The notes under the pieces were generated by a model. The model was not told where the DNA came from. It made no database searches and saw only the letters and a program-made list of their open reading frames with translations. From NCBI GenBank assembly GCA_023231475.1, contig JALJEE010000232.1, forward strand, positions 1-64,000: DNA of 64,000 nt, read 5' to 3'. Both the position numbers and the translations under genes were made by a program. Below, one piece after another: positions 12,657-26,850 of the stretch. The DNA is from Seison nebaliae. Its lineage: Eukaryota. Every line of letters starts with the position of its first letter. Position 1 is the first letter of the stretch.

Positions 12657-15600
12657 CTAACTGGATTTTAATTGATTTCGCCCAATTCTTCTTCTTATTG
12701 ATCGAATATTGCTGAGAAATGTCCCATCTAATAACAAATAGAGAAGACGATGAGTTTAGGATAATTTTCCATTGGAATCATATCATCCTCCCCCCTCCCA
12801 TCCCCCATCACCAGCACCATCGACATGATGACATTCCTATTATTTATGGGGAAAATTTCGTTAAGTAACTTCCTAGTTTATTCATTTCCCTCTCGCCCCT
12901 CCGGTCTACCTGTCTCTCTGCCGTGATCCGACGACGACAAATACCAAATGGGAAATTCAAAAATATATTCACTCAACTTCCAATACTTCATGGAGATAAG
13001 TAATAAGTAAATAGGAATCAAGCGGCCAAGTTCGACGTAAATGGATCTGTTAAGATCTTTTTCAACTCCGTATTCTTCATCGATTGATTACCCTAATGGT
13101 AATGAAGGGAATAAAGAGGAGAAGCATTCGATATGAGTCATAAGGGAAAGAAGATTTATTTATGTCTAACGAAAATCCTTTTAGCACAAACATTTCTTGG
13201 GCAGAAGGAAGACAAAAACCTGAATTAGAGTAATAACTTTCTATTTCCAAATCATTCACCGATATCATCTAAATTACCGTTTTCGATAAGATTACGTATA
13301 ATGTCATATTAATTCTCTAGTTGAAATAAATATTCTTTTCCAACACAATTTCCACTCATCGAAACGCGCGCGGGAAAAACATGATTTGGAAGAAAAGGAA
13401 AAAACAAGAGATATACGATATTCACTCATCGAATGTTTTCGGTTGATTCATTCAATCGATTGAATGTAAACTGGAAATAATTCAATTTATTTCAACTGCT
13501 ATGACAGAACGTATAAATACATCGAACGATAATACTCTCCTCCCAATACTATGCTAATATTCTTATAACTTTCCCGAAAAAATTCAATCACCTTCTCATC
13601 AATTTCATCTGTTCCATCCGACACTACATCGACCAAACTGAATTATTGAGATGTCTCTCTATCTACCATCTCTCATTCCCCATTTTCTTTCGTAATATTC
13701 GCATTTTTTTTTTCATCGTTACAATTGCCAATTCTCGTGTACAATCATCGAAATTCAAATTAATTATCTTTAATTCGAATTAAAAGATAAATTATTATCA
13801 ACTAAATAAAATGAGTTCGATTCATTCAAGAAACAATATCGATGATATTTGGAAAGAATTTCATTTTTTATTTTGTTGTTTGTCAGACAATATAATTCTG
13901 ACAATTCGGCAGGTAAACAACACGTAAACATGATGTCCGTTCTACTACAGCAATTCTCTCTCGTCAGAATTTGTGAAAGGAAGCAATAATTAAAATAAAT
14001 AAATTATTCGGTTTTGGGATAATCCAAAAAGGAAAATAAACAAAACGAATCTTCCAATTGTCAATGAAAATTATTGGGAAAATTTATTGAATAATTGAAG
14101 TGAATTCAATTGAATTATTTAGTTGATTGATATTGTAACGGAAGAGAATATTTCTTTTCAAATTTTTCATTAAATGCATCATTTCGCCTCATACGAAATT
14201 TATCGGAACACATTTTCATTTTGGTGAGTTGATGGAAATAGAAAATGTTTCGCCAATTCCTCCCGATAAATTTACCTAATCCCCACCATCCGAATTAAGT
14301 TAACGAAATAAAATTAATAGCATAATACTATTAGAGCGCATTCCTTCCATTATTTTTCCGACAATGAGATAATCGAAAATTTATAAAAAAACCTTTGTCA
14401 CTTCCTGAAAAAAGTGATTGTACTTCCAATAATTAAATAAAGTGGTAAAGTCGAATTGACTAACGATATTTTAATTCCAGTTAACTTCCATCATTCACCT
14501 CCTCAATCACAGCCAACCTATCTCTAATTCGGATTTTTGGACACATGCAATTCTCCTTTCAATAATCTTATCAGTTGCCAAAGCAACTATTAAAATTAAT
14601 TTTATCTATTTCGATTACATTTTAATGATCGTCAACTTACTCTCATCGAACGCAAGTCCAGAGAACAATTATGTTCTCATCAGACAATTTTCAAGACTTT
14701 CATTCATTCGTCATAACTCCGTGAAGGTTGATGGAATTTAAACGGATTTTCCATTGACAATCTCTCTCAACGTACATTTCTTCCATCGACATGTTATTTC
14801 GATAGGCACGAATTGATAGGAAGTTTTACTTAAAAGAAATTCGATTTCTCCAAAAAGAAGAGAAATAATATGAAATTAAATGGAATTTCTGCCTTATCTC
14901 ATATCGGAATGGTGTCTGCCAATATTACACGGGGCGACAAGTGACGATATGTTAAGATGAAATACTTAAGAAGAAGAAGAAAAAAGGAGGAAGAAAGACG
15001 AATATCAATAAATTTTAGAGAAGAGAGGAATATATGCAACTTCCATCCCTACATGATATGATAAGCAGATGAATAATAAATTTTTCATCAGAAATTTCTT
15101 CCTACAATTATCATTACATTATCTTATAAATGGTTTGTCAATGCCAATTATGGAGACAAGAGAAAGATAAAATTGAAAATTAAAAAATTGTCTTAAAATC
15201 CCAATAAGTAAGTTATCTACTTTCTAATTCTCTAATGATCATTCTGACGCCGTCAACGGAAAATAATTCAACAATTCTCACCAACCGTACAAACCGGTTG
15301 ATGGTGGGGAGAACTCAAGCACGAGCGACAATTCGTCAACGTTTAGACGTCACATATTTGAAGATAAAAAACCGGAATTGTATTACTCGTCCATGCTGAT
15401 TCGTGCGTCTCCTGAGAACGACGAGGGAATGATGGGAATGATATGGATATGGGAGGAGAAGCCTATGATTAGGTAGTCTAATGACAATAATTATGAGGGA
15501 GAATAGTAATTAGAAGGAGGAGGAGAAGGAGAAGGAGAAACGGAGGATGAAATGGGAGAATTGGGAAATGTGTCTTCCGTATTGGGAATTTGGATCTCAA

Positions 15601-18600
15601 TTTACAAGTTTCATGGGCGACTGGACGACGATGATGATGGATGAGAGTCGATCGATTACGCTTATGGAGAACGAGAAATTTCGAATTCGACTTCATGACT
15701 TAGATAAAATTACATCATATTCGTATTTGATATCATTTATCATTTTTTTGTGTTCTAATGGAATTTGATTGAATGTAGTCATTAAGTAGAAATTGGGTAT
15801 AAAGCAATAAAGGAAATGTTCTTTGATATGAAACGATATCGACATCGAATAATTGACATGAACGCAGTTATTTATCTTTTCTTCTAATAAAATTTCAGAA
15901 ATTTACACTAATTCTCTACTCCTCTCGTCATTATGATTATTATGAAATTGAATTGCATTCAACTTATCCAATATGCGCATATTATTTACCATTCAATTGC
16001 ACTACGAAAGGAATTACCTTAACATTTTTATAAACATACCCGACACAGTCATCCACATACCAAATAATTCCACACACACATCGATAGATATATCTTTACC
16101 AAAGATATATAATTTGATAGACGTCAACGAAAATGAACATGGTAATGACATCTGACTGTGAATGAGCATAAAACTTGACGTGACTCATATTGATAATCTT
16201 TCTCATCAAATAAATTTATGAAAATGCAAAAAAAAATTATATGATGGAGAATTCTATTCATCTGACTCCATATTCTCCTCACAATTTCAACTTCTCCAAC
16301 AATGTCAAATATTGGACCATATCTCCACGTATCCATGTCAGTCATACACCTCCTACAACAATTCTTCTACTGGAATTCTTCAATTGTATTTCTATTTCAA
16401 TCCCATCTCAAACAGCTCAAAATTCTATGATATTATGAATTTTATTAAGATACTAAAAAAGTTTCTAATTTCACTTCAGTACATCAGATGTGAGTAGAAA
16501 AATCATAAAGATGAATCTTCAGTAAAATTTTACTCTTCAAAACTTTTCCATTTCATGAGTTGGAAGATGATTTCAATATCGTTGTTTCGGAAGATCTAAT
16601 ATTAACTTTTTTTTTCTTGTTATGATGTCCGTTTGCATGATGTGAAACCTGAATGAGAAATCTGAATATTAAAATGAATCGTTATCTAATGACAGCGCTA
16701 CTAACCACAGACAGTTGAAGAATAGGAACTCGAGGTAGTTTGTCATTGGGGAGACCATTTTCAACATATTCTTCTTCTAATTTTCAGTTTTACAGTTGAT
16801 TATCGTTGCAAGTTTAAATACATTCTTCAACTTAATTTCTCCATCAATTCGCAGTTAACGCTGTGAATGTAACTTGTTGTTTTTGGTGTATTTATGTACT
16901 GAAAACGAATCGATCTACAAAACTATAACAATTTTCTGAAGTGGAATAGGAAAATTAAATTGATTAAGGATATATTTGGCAATAAAATACGTCTTGAGAA
17001 GTTTCTTGATAAATAATAGAAAAGCAACGAAAGAAAATGAGAGAAAAGGAGGTTCGGTAAATCTTATTAATTAATTTCCATATTTGGTAATTGGATTAGT
17101 AAATGAAATTATGCTAAAGGGGAAAGTTGGACAATTATTCGTCCGAACATTATTCCATTTAAATAAGTTTCCTTAGTAATTTTTTGATTTTTCCGGAAAT
17201 GATATGATTCCAAAGCAAAGTGTTAATTTTTAGAATTAATCTCTCAATTGACGTCCAAAGGCAACGTTAACGGTGTCTGCTAATTAAGCCAGACTCATTC
17301 CTTCAATGAGACATATTTTATAAAACCCAAATAAAAATGATGAAAATATCGATCTTTTTGGTATATTTTACTGGTATCTTTTCATCTTTCTTGTTCATGA
17401 CGTAGTTAAACAACTTTCGATGAAATAAACAAATTTTGAAAAGAGAAACCCTTAAGCTTTACTTATCTTTATGGTGGTGTTTTAAACAAATTTTTCAAAA
17501 CTTCCAGTTCTCTTTCAACAGATCATAATTATGTGATGGGAATGTAGGGTTTGAAACGAAGACAACCGAAGTCATTTTACATGAACCGATTTCCACTGGA
17601 TAGTTTGTGGGATAGAAATCATTGCAACTGGAGGTATATATAGTATATTTTTGGCGGGTGCAGCGCATTAATCTACAGAGGTTCCCAATGTACTGACAAG
17701 TGTTGTGAGCACAAGAACTCCTAAGTGTGCATCTCATTTCAGAATACTTGGAGAATGACTATGAAAGCATAGATATTTGTTATCACTGACCGTAATGGAT
17801 GAGATCGATCCACAAAAATTTAAATCGTTTAGACTGGAATTATCAACAATAAAGAATGAATGCACATAACCATCGTAACGGATCGGAAAGCAATTTTAGT
17901 AGTTTAGGAGAAAAAATGGAAGAAAGCGGGAAAAAGAGCCAGTTGACACAGAAAGAAAAGATCGAGGAGGAGGAGGAGGAGATGTTTGGTTAAGTTACAG
18001 ATGATACTAGATCTCCTAGAAAGAATTAGAGAAATTGAAATGAACAATAAAATAATAATGTGGATAATGAAAAGCGAAATGGTTACTCAGTTTGATGATC
18101 CTGCGAAGGAGAAAATAAAAAATATGATTAATCACTATCAAGATATGTAGACATGATGCCATTGAAACTGCATTGGACGAATGAGATATGTAAAAACATG
18201 AGATGTGCGTGTGAAAGCAGAAGAGAAATCGTTGCAATCCAAGTTAATTCAATTAACATTTTTCACTTTTGTTCATATTGATTTTCCCAGATTCCTTACA
18301 AATAATAAGATAAGAAAGAAAATAATATATGTCTCCTGACAATTTGAAAATAATTAGTCATACAATTGGAGAGAGAATCTCCAATCCCTCCAAATTATCT
18401 ACTACATTATTATCTGACCCATTTAACACGAATGTAATCGAACGTTCAAAAATCATTCAATTACCAATATCCATTCCTCTAATATTCGTTTCGTCATCCA
18501 TGACACATGGATATATTGTCATTCTACCGCCAACAGCATCACATAGAGCAACAACTTCTTATTATGAAAGGTAAGGACTCTCATGTCAGATCAGGAACAA

Positions 18601-20038
18601 CTTTAAAATAAAAAAATATTTCAAAAAAAATGTTGAGAACTTTAAGAAATTTGATTTGAAACTTAAAAATTAATTTCATAAATTTCAATATCTCTCATAA
18701 TATTCTTAATATCAGTGATAGAAAAGATGCCAAAAGTTTTGGCATCAGTAATCAGTAATCTGATGATCAGGCATCAATTTTTGGCACAAAACATATGTAT
18801 ACAAAAGTAATAAACTTAGGCGCTCAAACTTAGAAAGTTTATTCCGGACACACACTAAATTGATTGATAGTGACGGCGATCCTGGTCTCCCCAGTCCAGG
18901 AATGACTTTTACGATGTGCTTCGATGGAAACGATTACATTGGACTAAAACGTTGACATAGAAGAAGTCGAAGACTAGAAGTAGACAAGGAAGCTGATGTG
19001 TACGAGGAGGAAGAAATGGAGGAACATTTAATCGAATGACCATCGATTAGAATGTCCCCGTTGTCTTTATAGGAATATCAGATTAGAAGTGAGAAGCGGA
19101 ATTGTGAAGAGAACGTGCCATATCTCGCAAAAGATGATCAGTCGTCCTCGCTGGCGAAAAGTGGTATAAGAAGATTGTGGAAGAGAATTTTATTTGTAAT
19201 AAGAACGAATCAAGAAAGAAGTATAGTGGAATGAATGTAGGAAGAGAACGATAAGGAAAAGAATTAACTTCTTTTTTCTATTCATTTATTCCGGTAATTC
19301 ATTTAACAGCCACTTGCTAACGTCGATGCTAATAATAGATATTTTTGTTAGTATTATGTCGTCATTCATATATTTGCCACTATTCTTATATAATTGTTTG
19401 TTCTCTCATTCTCCCTTCATCTGTCTGTCTATCCATTAAACTGATGACAACGTGTTACAAATGTACAATTATCCTCTAAATTCTTATGTAAATCTTACAG
19501 AAATTCTATAAATCTTCAATTCATTTACTGATCAATCTCTCAATTTTTCCATCACATCATCTTTTCCCATATTCTTCTTCTTATTGTTCCTATTGTTGTT
19601 GTTTTTAGGTGTAATAAGATAAATCAATTATATAAAGAACTTGCCATGTATTTTGGAGAGAATAATGATAATGACGGTATTTATTCAATTAAATTTTCAG
19701 TATAACACTTCAACATCCACACATCTGATTCCATTACATTTTTCCTTTAAGATAGGAACCTGAACTTTGGGGGAAAACATGTGGAAACAGCGAGGATGAG
19801 ATCCGTCAGGCATTCTACCGATCAGGTTCATTGACTACATCAATAATGTGAGAAAAAGTAGTTTATATTCGATTGTTGGACCTTTAGACATATGAGAAGA
19901 TGATTCTGACATAAACATTACACTGCTCGTAAATTATTTATTTCTTTGCACATGAACAATAAGATGAAATTAAATCATTGTTTAAGATGAACTGATGGTA
20001 ACCGGACAGATCGTAACACTATATAAAAATTTTGCAGC

Positions 20039-20973
20039 GGACAGTTTTCAACCCAAAAATCGGGAGTTCTCAACCTAATTTTTTATACTTCCGGACAGTT
20101 TTCAACGTACTATTAAGTTTTCGGACAGTTTTCAACCTCCAAACATAATGAAATATGAACTGGAAAAATAATAACCGGACATAAAAATCCTCCAGAAGAC
20201 CGTTATTAACTCATAATTAGTTCTAAAACTTTTGAGGAAAAGGGACAGTTCTCAACTTCAAAACACACTGAAACTGTAAATTCGCAAAAGGACAACTATT
20301 AAGTCATAATTATGTAATTATATCTTATAAAATTATAAGAATTTATATAATAACTCTTTTTAGCATTTTAAATTGTTCAAATGAAAAATTAAGAAGAGTG
20401 ATATTTATTGTTCGAAATCAAATATGAAATTAACTTTCACAAAATATATTATCGATTTCGATAAAAAAAGAAGGTACATTCTTCTGTCGAAATTTATTAC
20501 TAATCTTTTCAGTTTCTCATCTTTCACCCTATCGGATACTCTTTTTCTTTTTTTCGCCTTTCCGAAAAAGCCTAAGACCGTTATTTTCCCTCTCTATTAG
20601 ATTGTTTATTCTGGGAATATCTTCAATGGTTCGTTGATTATTATTCATTTAGATGTAGATTTTTGGTAGTTTAATGTTGAAGATTTAAAAAATAATAATA
20701 TTAGCAACAATAATCAAATTTATTGCAATATATGTCAATGCAATGTCAATATATTGTATAATATTTATAATACGATTAGTTGTGCCAAATAGAACTCTAT
20801 TTACGTATTAATTGGATGGATTAAACTTCTTTCTTAATCTTTAACTGGGAATCATTGTTCCAGCTAAACCTATAAAGTATATAATGTGGTTGACATGACA
20901 TTTAAAAATCAAACTAAGTATAAAACTGTCCTGATTATGAGTTAAAAGTCCTCTGGAGGATTTTTATGTACGG
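20039..20973. mobile_element. Degenerate DNA-transposon relic, probably Mutator-like (MULE)
   Basis: GGACAGTT(T/C)TCAAC repeats at 20039, 20093, 20123 and 20243. A ~45-bp inverted pair lies at 20175-20220 and 20931-20973. Between them is a frameshifted minus-strand fragment 'RTIEDIPRINNLIERENN...KRKRVSDRVKDEKLKRLVINF' resembling the PRTNNxxE C-terminal region of MULE transposases. Confidence 0.5.
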
Positions 20974-21276
20974 CTGAGAATATTTGACTGTAATGTTATT
21001 TCTGAATTGGCAATACCATCTAGAATACTATCTTTCTGTAATTTGAAATTTTTTTTCGCATATTACTGTTCCGAACTCTACTACTAAATTAGAGAATAGA
21101 AAGAAAATAAGTGAAGCTAAAAGAGTTAACTTAATTTTTGAAAAATGAGAAGGAACTGGAAAATTGAAAGAAAATAAATTTTAAATTGTTAGTTTCTCCC
21201 CAAGAAAATCATTTATCTCAATTTATCATTATTATTTATCAATATTCCTGAAAATTGTTCTTTTCATTGTTATCAG

Positions 21277-24200
21277 ATGCCGATGATTAAACGTTCGGGA
21301 AGTATAAAAAAGACGAAGAAAGAAAAGAGTTAACATATTCGTCATTTCTCCCATTCTTTAACTTCTATTCTATACAGTTATTCCATCAACTTCTGGAGTA
21401 ACTTCAACTTCAACCACTTCTAAAACGACGAAAGACATTCTCTCCTCCACCCGATTGAAGAATGAGACATTCGATTCATTTCAACAAGTCAACTGGTCAG
21501 CAATTCCATCAGTCTCATCCTCATCCATATCATCAAATACGTTAACGAGTAATATCTCCAATTTATCGCTCTATAATCAGGAGAAAATAATGACGTGTGA
21601 AATCTTGAAAGTTCTCAGTGGCATTGAATCTCAATATATTCATATTAAAATGAATGGATATCTCTCTCCATTAACGATAGTGATCAATAAACAGATCGAT
21701 CATAATTTACGATCGACAGCAAAAGATATTCTTATTCTCGCTTCTTATGCTAACGTGTTAATGGAATATTTAGATAATGAGATGGAATCGAAGAAATATT
21801 TAAAAAAATCAAAAATCGTTTCAATTTATCATCAATTCATTTACGCTCTAATTACCATCAAGAAGGAATGGCTCCTATTTTTATGTAATTTAGAATCGTC
21901 AATATTCTCGTCGTCGATCAATCCGTTCGATGTGAAAACATCGAAATATTCTCAACAGAAACTCGTTTATCGTTTCAATAATCTTCGAGAATTGGGCACG
22001 TTGTGTTATGATATCAAAAATCAGATGAATGTTCTCGCTCAAATTATTACCACCGTCCACAAATCCTCATTAATGGGAGTACCACTCTTGTCTTTATTAC
22101 AGGAATTGACGTTAAGAAATACTGGTAATCAGAGTCGATATCAATTGTGTTGTTATGTTTTCCTCCTCTCATCTGAAGGATATATGGGACATCTTTCAAA
22201 TTGGATTTATGAAGGCGAATTAATTTCCATGAATTTTGAGAAAGATGGTGAAATTGATGATATTGGAAATGAGCAGAAATTTATGATAAAACAAATCAAT
22301 GATGAACATTATGAATTGAGTGATGTCAAAGAAAATATTCCTCAATTTCTTCATTCAATTCGAATTCCCATTTATCAAGCTGGTGTTTGTACGGTGGCAA
22401 TGAAACGATTGAAGGAAAGAGAAAAATTTGAATTAGAAGAAAATAAGAAACCACTTCATGTGATGAAGAGAATAAAAGTAATGAATGATTCGAATTATTT
22501 AATTGGAAATAATATGAAATTCGAATGGAATTATGACGAATTAAATAATATCATCAAATCTCGTTATACGGCCATATCTCAGGAATTACTCCAATCTTTA
22601 ACTAAACGTCATTCGATCGATTCGATTTTTCGAATATTCAAAAACATCTTTTTCGTTTCTAATAACGATTGGTTAGTGGCGTTTGTTGATCGAATCCAAT
22701 CGACACTTCATTCACCAGCCATCAAAGTAAATTGTGATATTTTAACAGAACGTCTCTATCATTGTATTTCACAAGAATTAGATGATGGTGCTTATGAATC
22801 GATGAATGATAATTATTTCTCGAAAGCATTCTATTCGAACGAAAACACTTTTCAATCACATACATTCCTCATGGATGAAACGCCAACAATCGATACGAAT
22901 TGGTCATTGAGAAATTTATTAAAATCATTTTTTATTCAAACTTCTTCCATCGATTGTATTGATCATTTGAAATTATTATTAATAAAAAATCGTTTAAACA
23001 ATCAACAACAACAACAAATAACAAATGAGAAAATGAATAATGAATTGATGGAGGAAAAGAAGAAATTTAATGAATTAATTAAGAAAATTGAAGAGAAGAA
23101 ATCGAAAGAAAATCGTTTGACTCTTCTAGAATCCATTCAATTATCAATTAATCTCAATTGGCCATTAACGTTAGTTTTCAATGATAAATCGTTAAGTCAT
23201 TATCAATTATTATTCCAACATATATTCTATGTGAAACAAGTGGAACGAAGTCTCAATAATTTGTGGTTGATGCAAATGAATTATGGGAAATTATTTTCTT
23301 CAGGAAAATTGAAGAAAAGACGACAATCCACACGACCACCCACACCCTCCACAAATTTCAAATTAGATCGAAGTGAAACGAAATTAGTTTGGAGAAGTTT
23401 TAATTCGGCGAATGCTCTCATCAGAAAAATGGTGTCGTTCATTCGCAGTTACATTCTCTTCCTTCATTATGATACGACCGAACCGATTTGGAATGAATTT
23501 TTTGAAAAATTCAAATGTATCAAAACTTTAGACGAATTAGATTATCTACATTTATCCACATTAGATTTGATCATAACGAAAATATTTATGAAATGTTTAT
23601 CAATTCAACGACGACTCTTCAAATTATTTGCGACGATCATCTCATTTTGTAATTATATGAAACGAATTTACAAATCAGTTAATGTGAATAATCGAAAGAT
23701 TGGAATATCTATCGCCATAGCATCAGAAACAATTCATCGACTTCTCCTCCAATTTACCACATCTGAAAATTTCATACGAACAATTAATGAACATGAATCG
23801 AATTTCACAAATGACATCATCGGATTATTGGCTGATGTAAATTTGTATGAAATGGAACAACCAGTAATTACGATTCCAAAACATATGAAGAATGTCAATA
23901 TAATTTTGAGACGATCTCATTTAATCAATATCAAATCATTATCATATCGTATAGATTTTAATTCATATTATCAGAATCATCAAAATGATAATTTATTCTC
24001 TGGTTTAACGAACAAAACTCCACAGAGATCTGCTGACGATGAAATGAATTCATCCACCACTTCTTCCTCCCTCTTATCCCACCATAACACTAACACATCT
24101 ACTCCACGTAACGAAACTGATAAAGTTCATAACGACAAAGAAATATCAAAAAAGGAAAATAATTTGAAAACTTCTCAATCCCATGAAATCAATCAACGAC

Positions 24201-24547
24201 AACGACAACAACAACAAAATGAATTAAAATCAAAACAACAACAACAAAACGAATATAGATCTAAATTGCAACAACAACAACAGCATCAAAATGAATTCTC
24301 ATTAAAATCACAACAACAACAACAACAACAACTTCCGCCAAAATCCAAATTAATGGATAACAAAACCGTTTTGACGGATCATGATGAGAGCGAAATGAGA
24401 CAACCATCATCAAAACCATTCAAGTCGTCGGAAGAGATAAATAATTTGTTGCAAAATTTTCAGGGGAATGCTAATATCTCTAAACTTAATCCGAGCGATA
24501 TGAAGAATCTTAATAAGTTGTTGGATGGAATCCATTTCCCCAACTAA
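21277..24547 (+). CDS. TUBGCP2: Gamma-tubulin complex component 2 (Spc97/GCP2); join(21277..21328,21378..24547)
   Basis: ATG at 21277, then a 49-nt GT-AG intron (21329-21377) joins in frame to the long ORF. GRIP motifs 'EILKVLSGIESQYI' and 'LESIQLSINLNWPLTLVFNDKSLSHYQLLFQHIFYVKQVERSLNNLW' are GCP2-like. Gln-rich C-terminal tail. Confidence 0.85.
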
Positions 24548-26850
24548 TTAACATTTCCTTCTTTTTTATCCAACTGATTTTTTACAATTTCATTTAGCTT
24601 AAAGTAAAGAAATGATCATAATCTGAGCGACGTCGTAAATATTCATGAATGGAAAATTCACATCATAAATTATTTAAACTAAAACTTTCCATTTCTATTA
24701 ACCTAATTTTGATCTTTCACAAAAATTTCTTATACTTTTCCCAGAAATTAACGTAGAAATCTTTCAAAACGTACAATCGTCAGTTGTCTGAAATCCATTA
24801 GTCAGAATCAAATAGAATCGTTCGTTACATAGAAATTATAAGTAGAAAGGTGAATGATATTAAGATTAATTTCTTTTCAACTTTTATGAAGGAAATACAA
24901 ATAGTATTTAATTTGTACTACATTCAAAAATGTACAATCAATTTCTAATCGAATGATCATTCCTTTATAAATATACTTTTCATTCCAATCTGTTTCAATG
25001 CTCATATATTCTAACTGACATTGTATATCATACACACGAATTGTAATTAAGAACATTTCTTAATCGTAACATTTTCTTATTACAAGAAACAATTTTTGTT
25101 GGTTGCGGAACACACAGACCGAATTGATTTACTTCCAAAGTGAATGTATATGTGAAATATTTCCGTTTTCCTTTCTGCATAAAATTCATTTGATGAATAT
25201 AGTTCGATTTGAATAGAATAATGTTGATGGAACGTAATGAATTCTATCCAATTCTTCCATAAAATAATTGAGGAGAAAACTTCTTCCAATTTTCATGTAG
25301 TTCGTCTTTGAACGAAGTTTCTTCGTTCATATCAAAGTCTTATCGTCATCAATGCACAAGGACTTATTCTATCGTTCCAAAAATTGAATGAATCTATTGA
25401 CGACATCATATCAATGAGGTGGAATAATTGACGATGGAGTTTCGATACAAAATCCCACTGAATTCCATTTACTCTATTAGAAATGGGAATTCCACTCAAC
25501 ATCTTTATCTCGTCGCCATTACCTAGATCTTATTGGGAAGATGTTGAGATAGTGAAAAGAAAACAAAATAAATTGAGCAATAAACATTTCTCTTCAATTG
25601 AGAGAGTATAAGAAAAATTTTCTTTTTTCTCAAAATCAATTTCCGTTTGATTTAATTGAATGTGAATATTTTCTCTTGTGTTTGACATGTTAAGTTGTTA
25701 CGTTTTTCTCATAAATATTCTACATCTTCCACTAAATTTCACATTGATAAGAGAAATTGTAAGAGATTTTATATAACGAAATGGTGTGAGAAGGGGAGAC
25801 TGGTGACATATATTTGAAGTAAGAAGTGAATGATGCTTGGCTGCAAATGTAGATAATCATCAAATGCAACAACAAATTTACCAGTTGAGTAACTTTGAAA
25901 TATATTTATTTTTCTTCTTTATTTCTCCTCACTTATTTCGGAGGATGGAATTTTGATTTCGTTCCATTCATCTTCACTCCAAAACAAATCAACATAATTA
26001 TTGAAATTTTCAATGACTCTCCTCAAATATTATTATTCTTCACATTTTATGAATACATATTAATTAAGTTTATGTCAGAAAACTTATTATCGATGAGATA
26101 AAACCAATCGTTTCTTCCAATTACAATCGTCTTACAAACAACTGTTAATGAAATTTGGAAATTTTTATTTCATTGAAACAAAGAGACTCTCAATTATAGA
26201 GGATCGAATTCTTATTTTCTTTTGAGAGAAACGAGTAGAATTCATTTTTACTTATCTCACACTCGATATCGTTCTTCTATTAATTATTCCATATCTCAAT
26301 TTATTATGTTTATTCCTCTCTCATGCTAAATGATAACGGCTTTTAATGTGTTTAGACTAATTGTACATTCTTTTCTCCATAATTCCATCAGTTCCATTAT
26401 TATTCTCACCATTCCATCGAATTCCTGCTGTTAATAGACGTTCTTTCTATAAGTCAATTCGACACAAGAAGAGAATTCGAGTGCAAAATATCTCTAAAAA
26501 TATGTTTTTCATTCCAAGAGATAATTGGAGATTAATCTCAAGTAATTTAAGGTAACTAATCGTTGTAGGTTTTTTAATAATATTTTTCTCCTTAATAAAT
26601 TCGATAAATTTCTTTTGGAGATTCATTTAAATGATGAATTTTCTAGGAGTCGAATGGAGATGAGAAGTGAATAAAATGAAATTTTTAGCTCTCTCGAATT
26701 TTGATCTGAAGGAAATTAAAAAAATTGTTTTTCCAAACAGCATTTACTGTTAGTGAATTTGTTGAAGAAAATTTTTGTCCTTCGAACAATTCTCAAATAG
26801 TTTCAAAAAAAAATTTTAAATTACAATAGTGGAAATAGGAAGAAGTAGTC

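Noticed and set aside
17495..17737. 80-aa Cys-rich minus-strand ORF
   Set aside because: No signal peptide or known Cys pattern, and the nearest candidate upstream exon has stops in the joining frame.
20039..20256. Spaced 14-nt repeats as a CRISPR-like array
   Set aside because: The repeats are too short and irregularly spaced, the context is eukaryotic with no cas genes, and transposon subterminal repeats explain them better.
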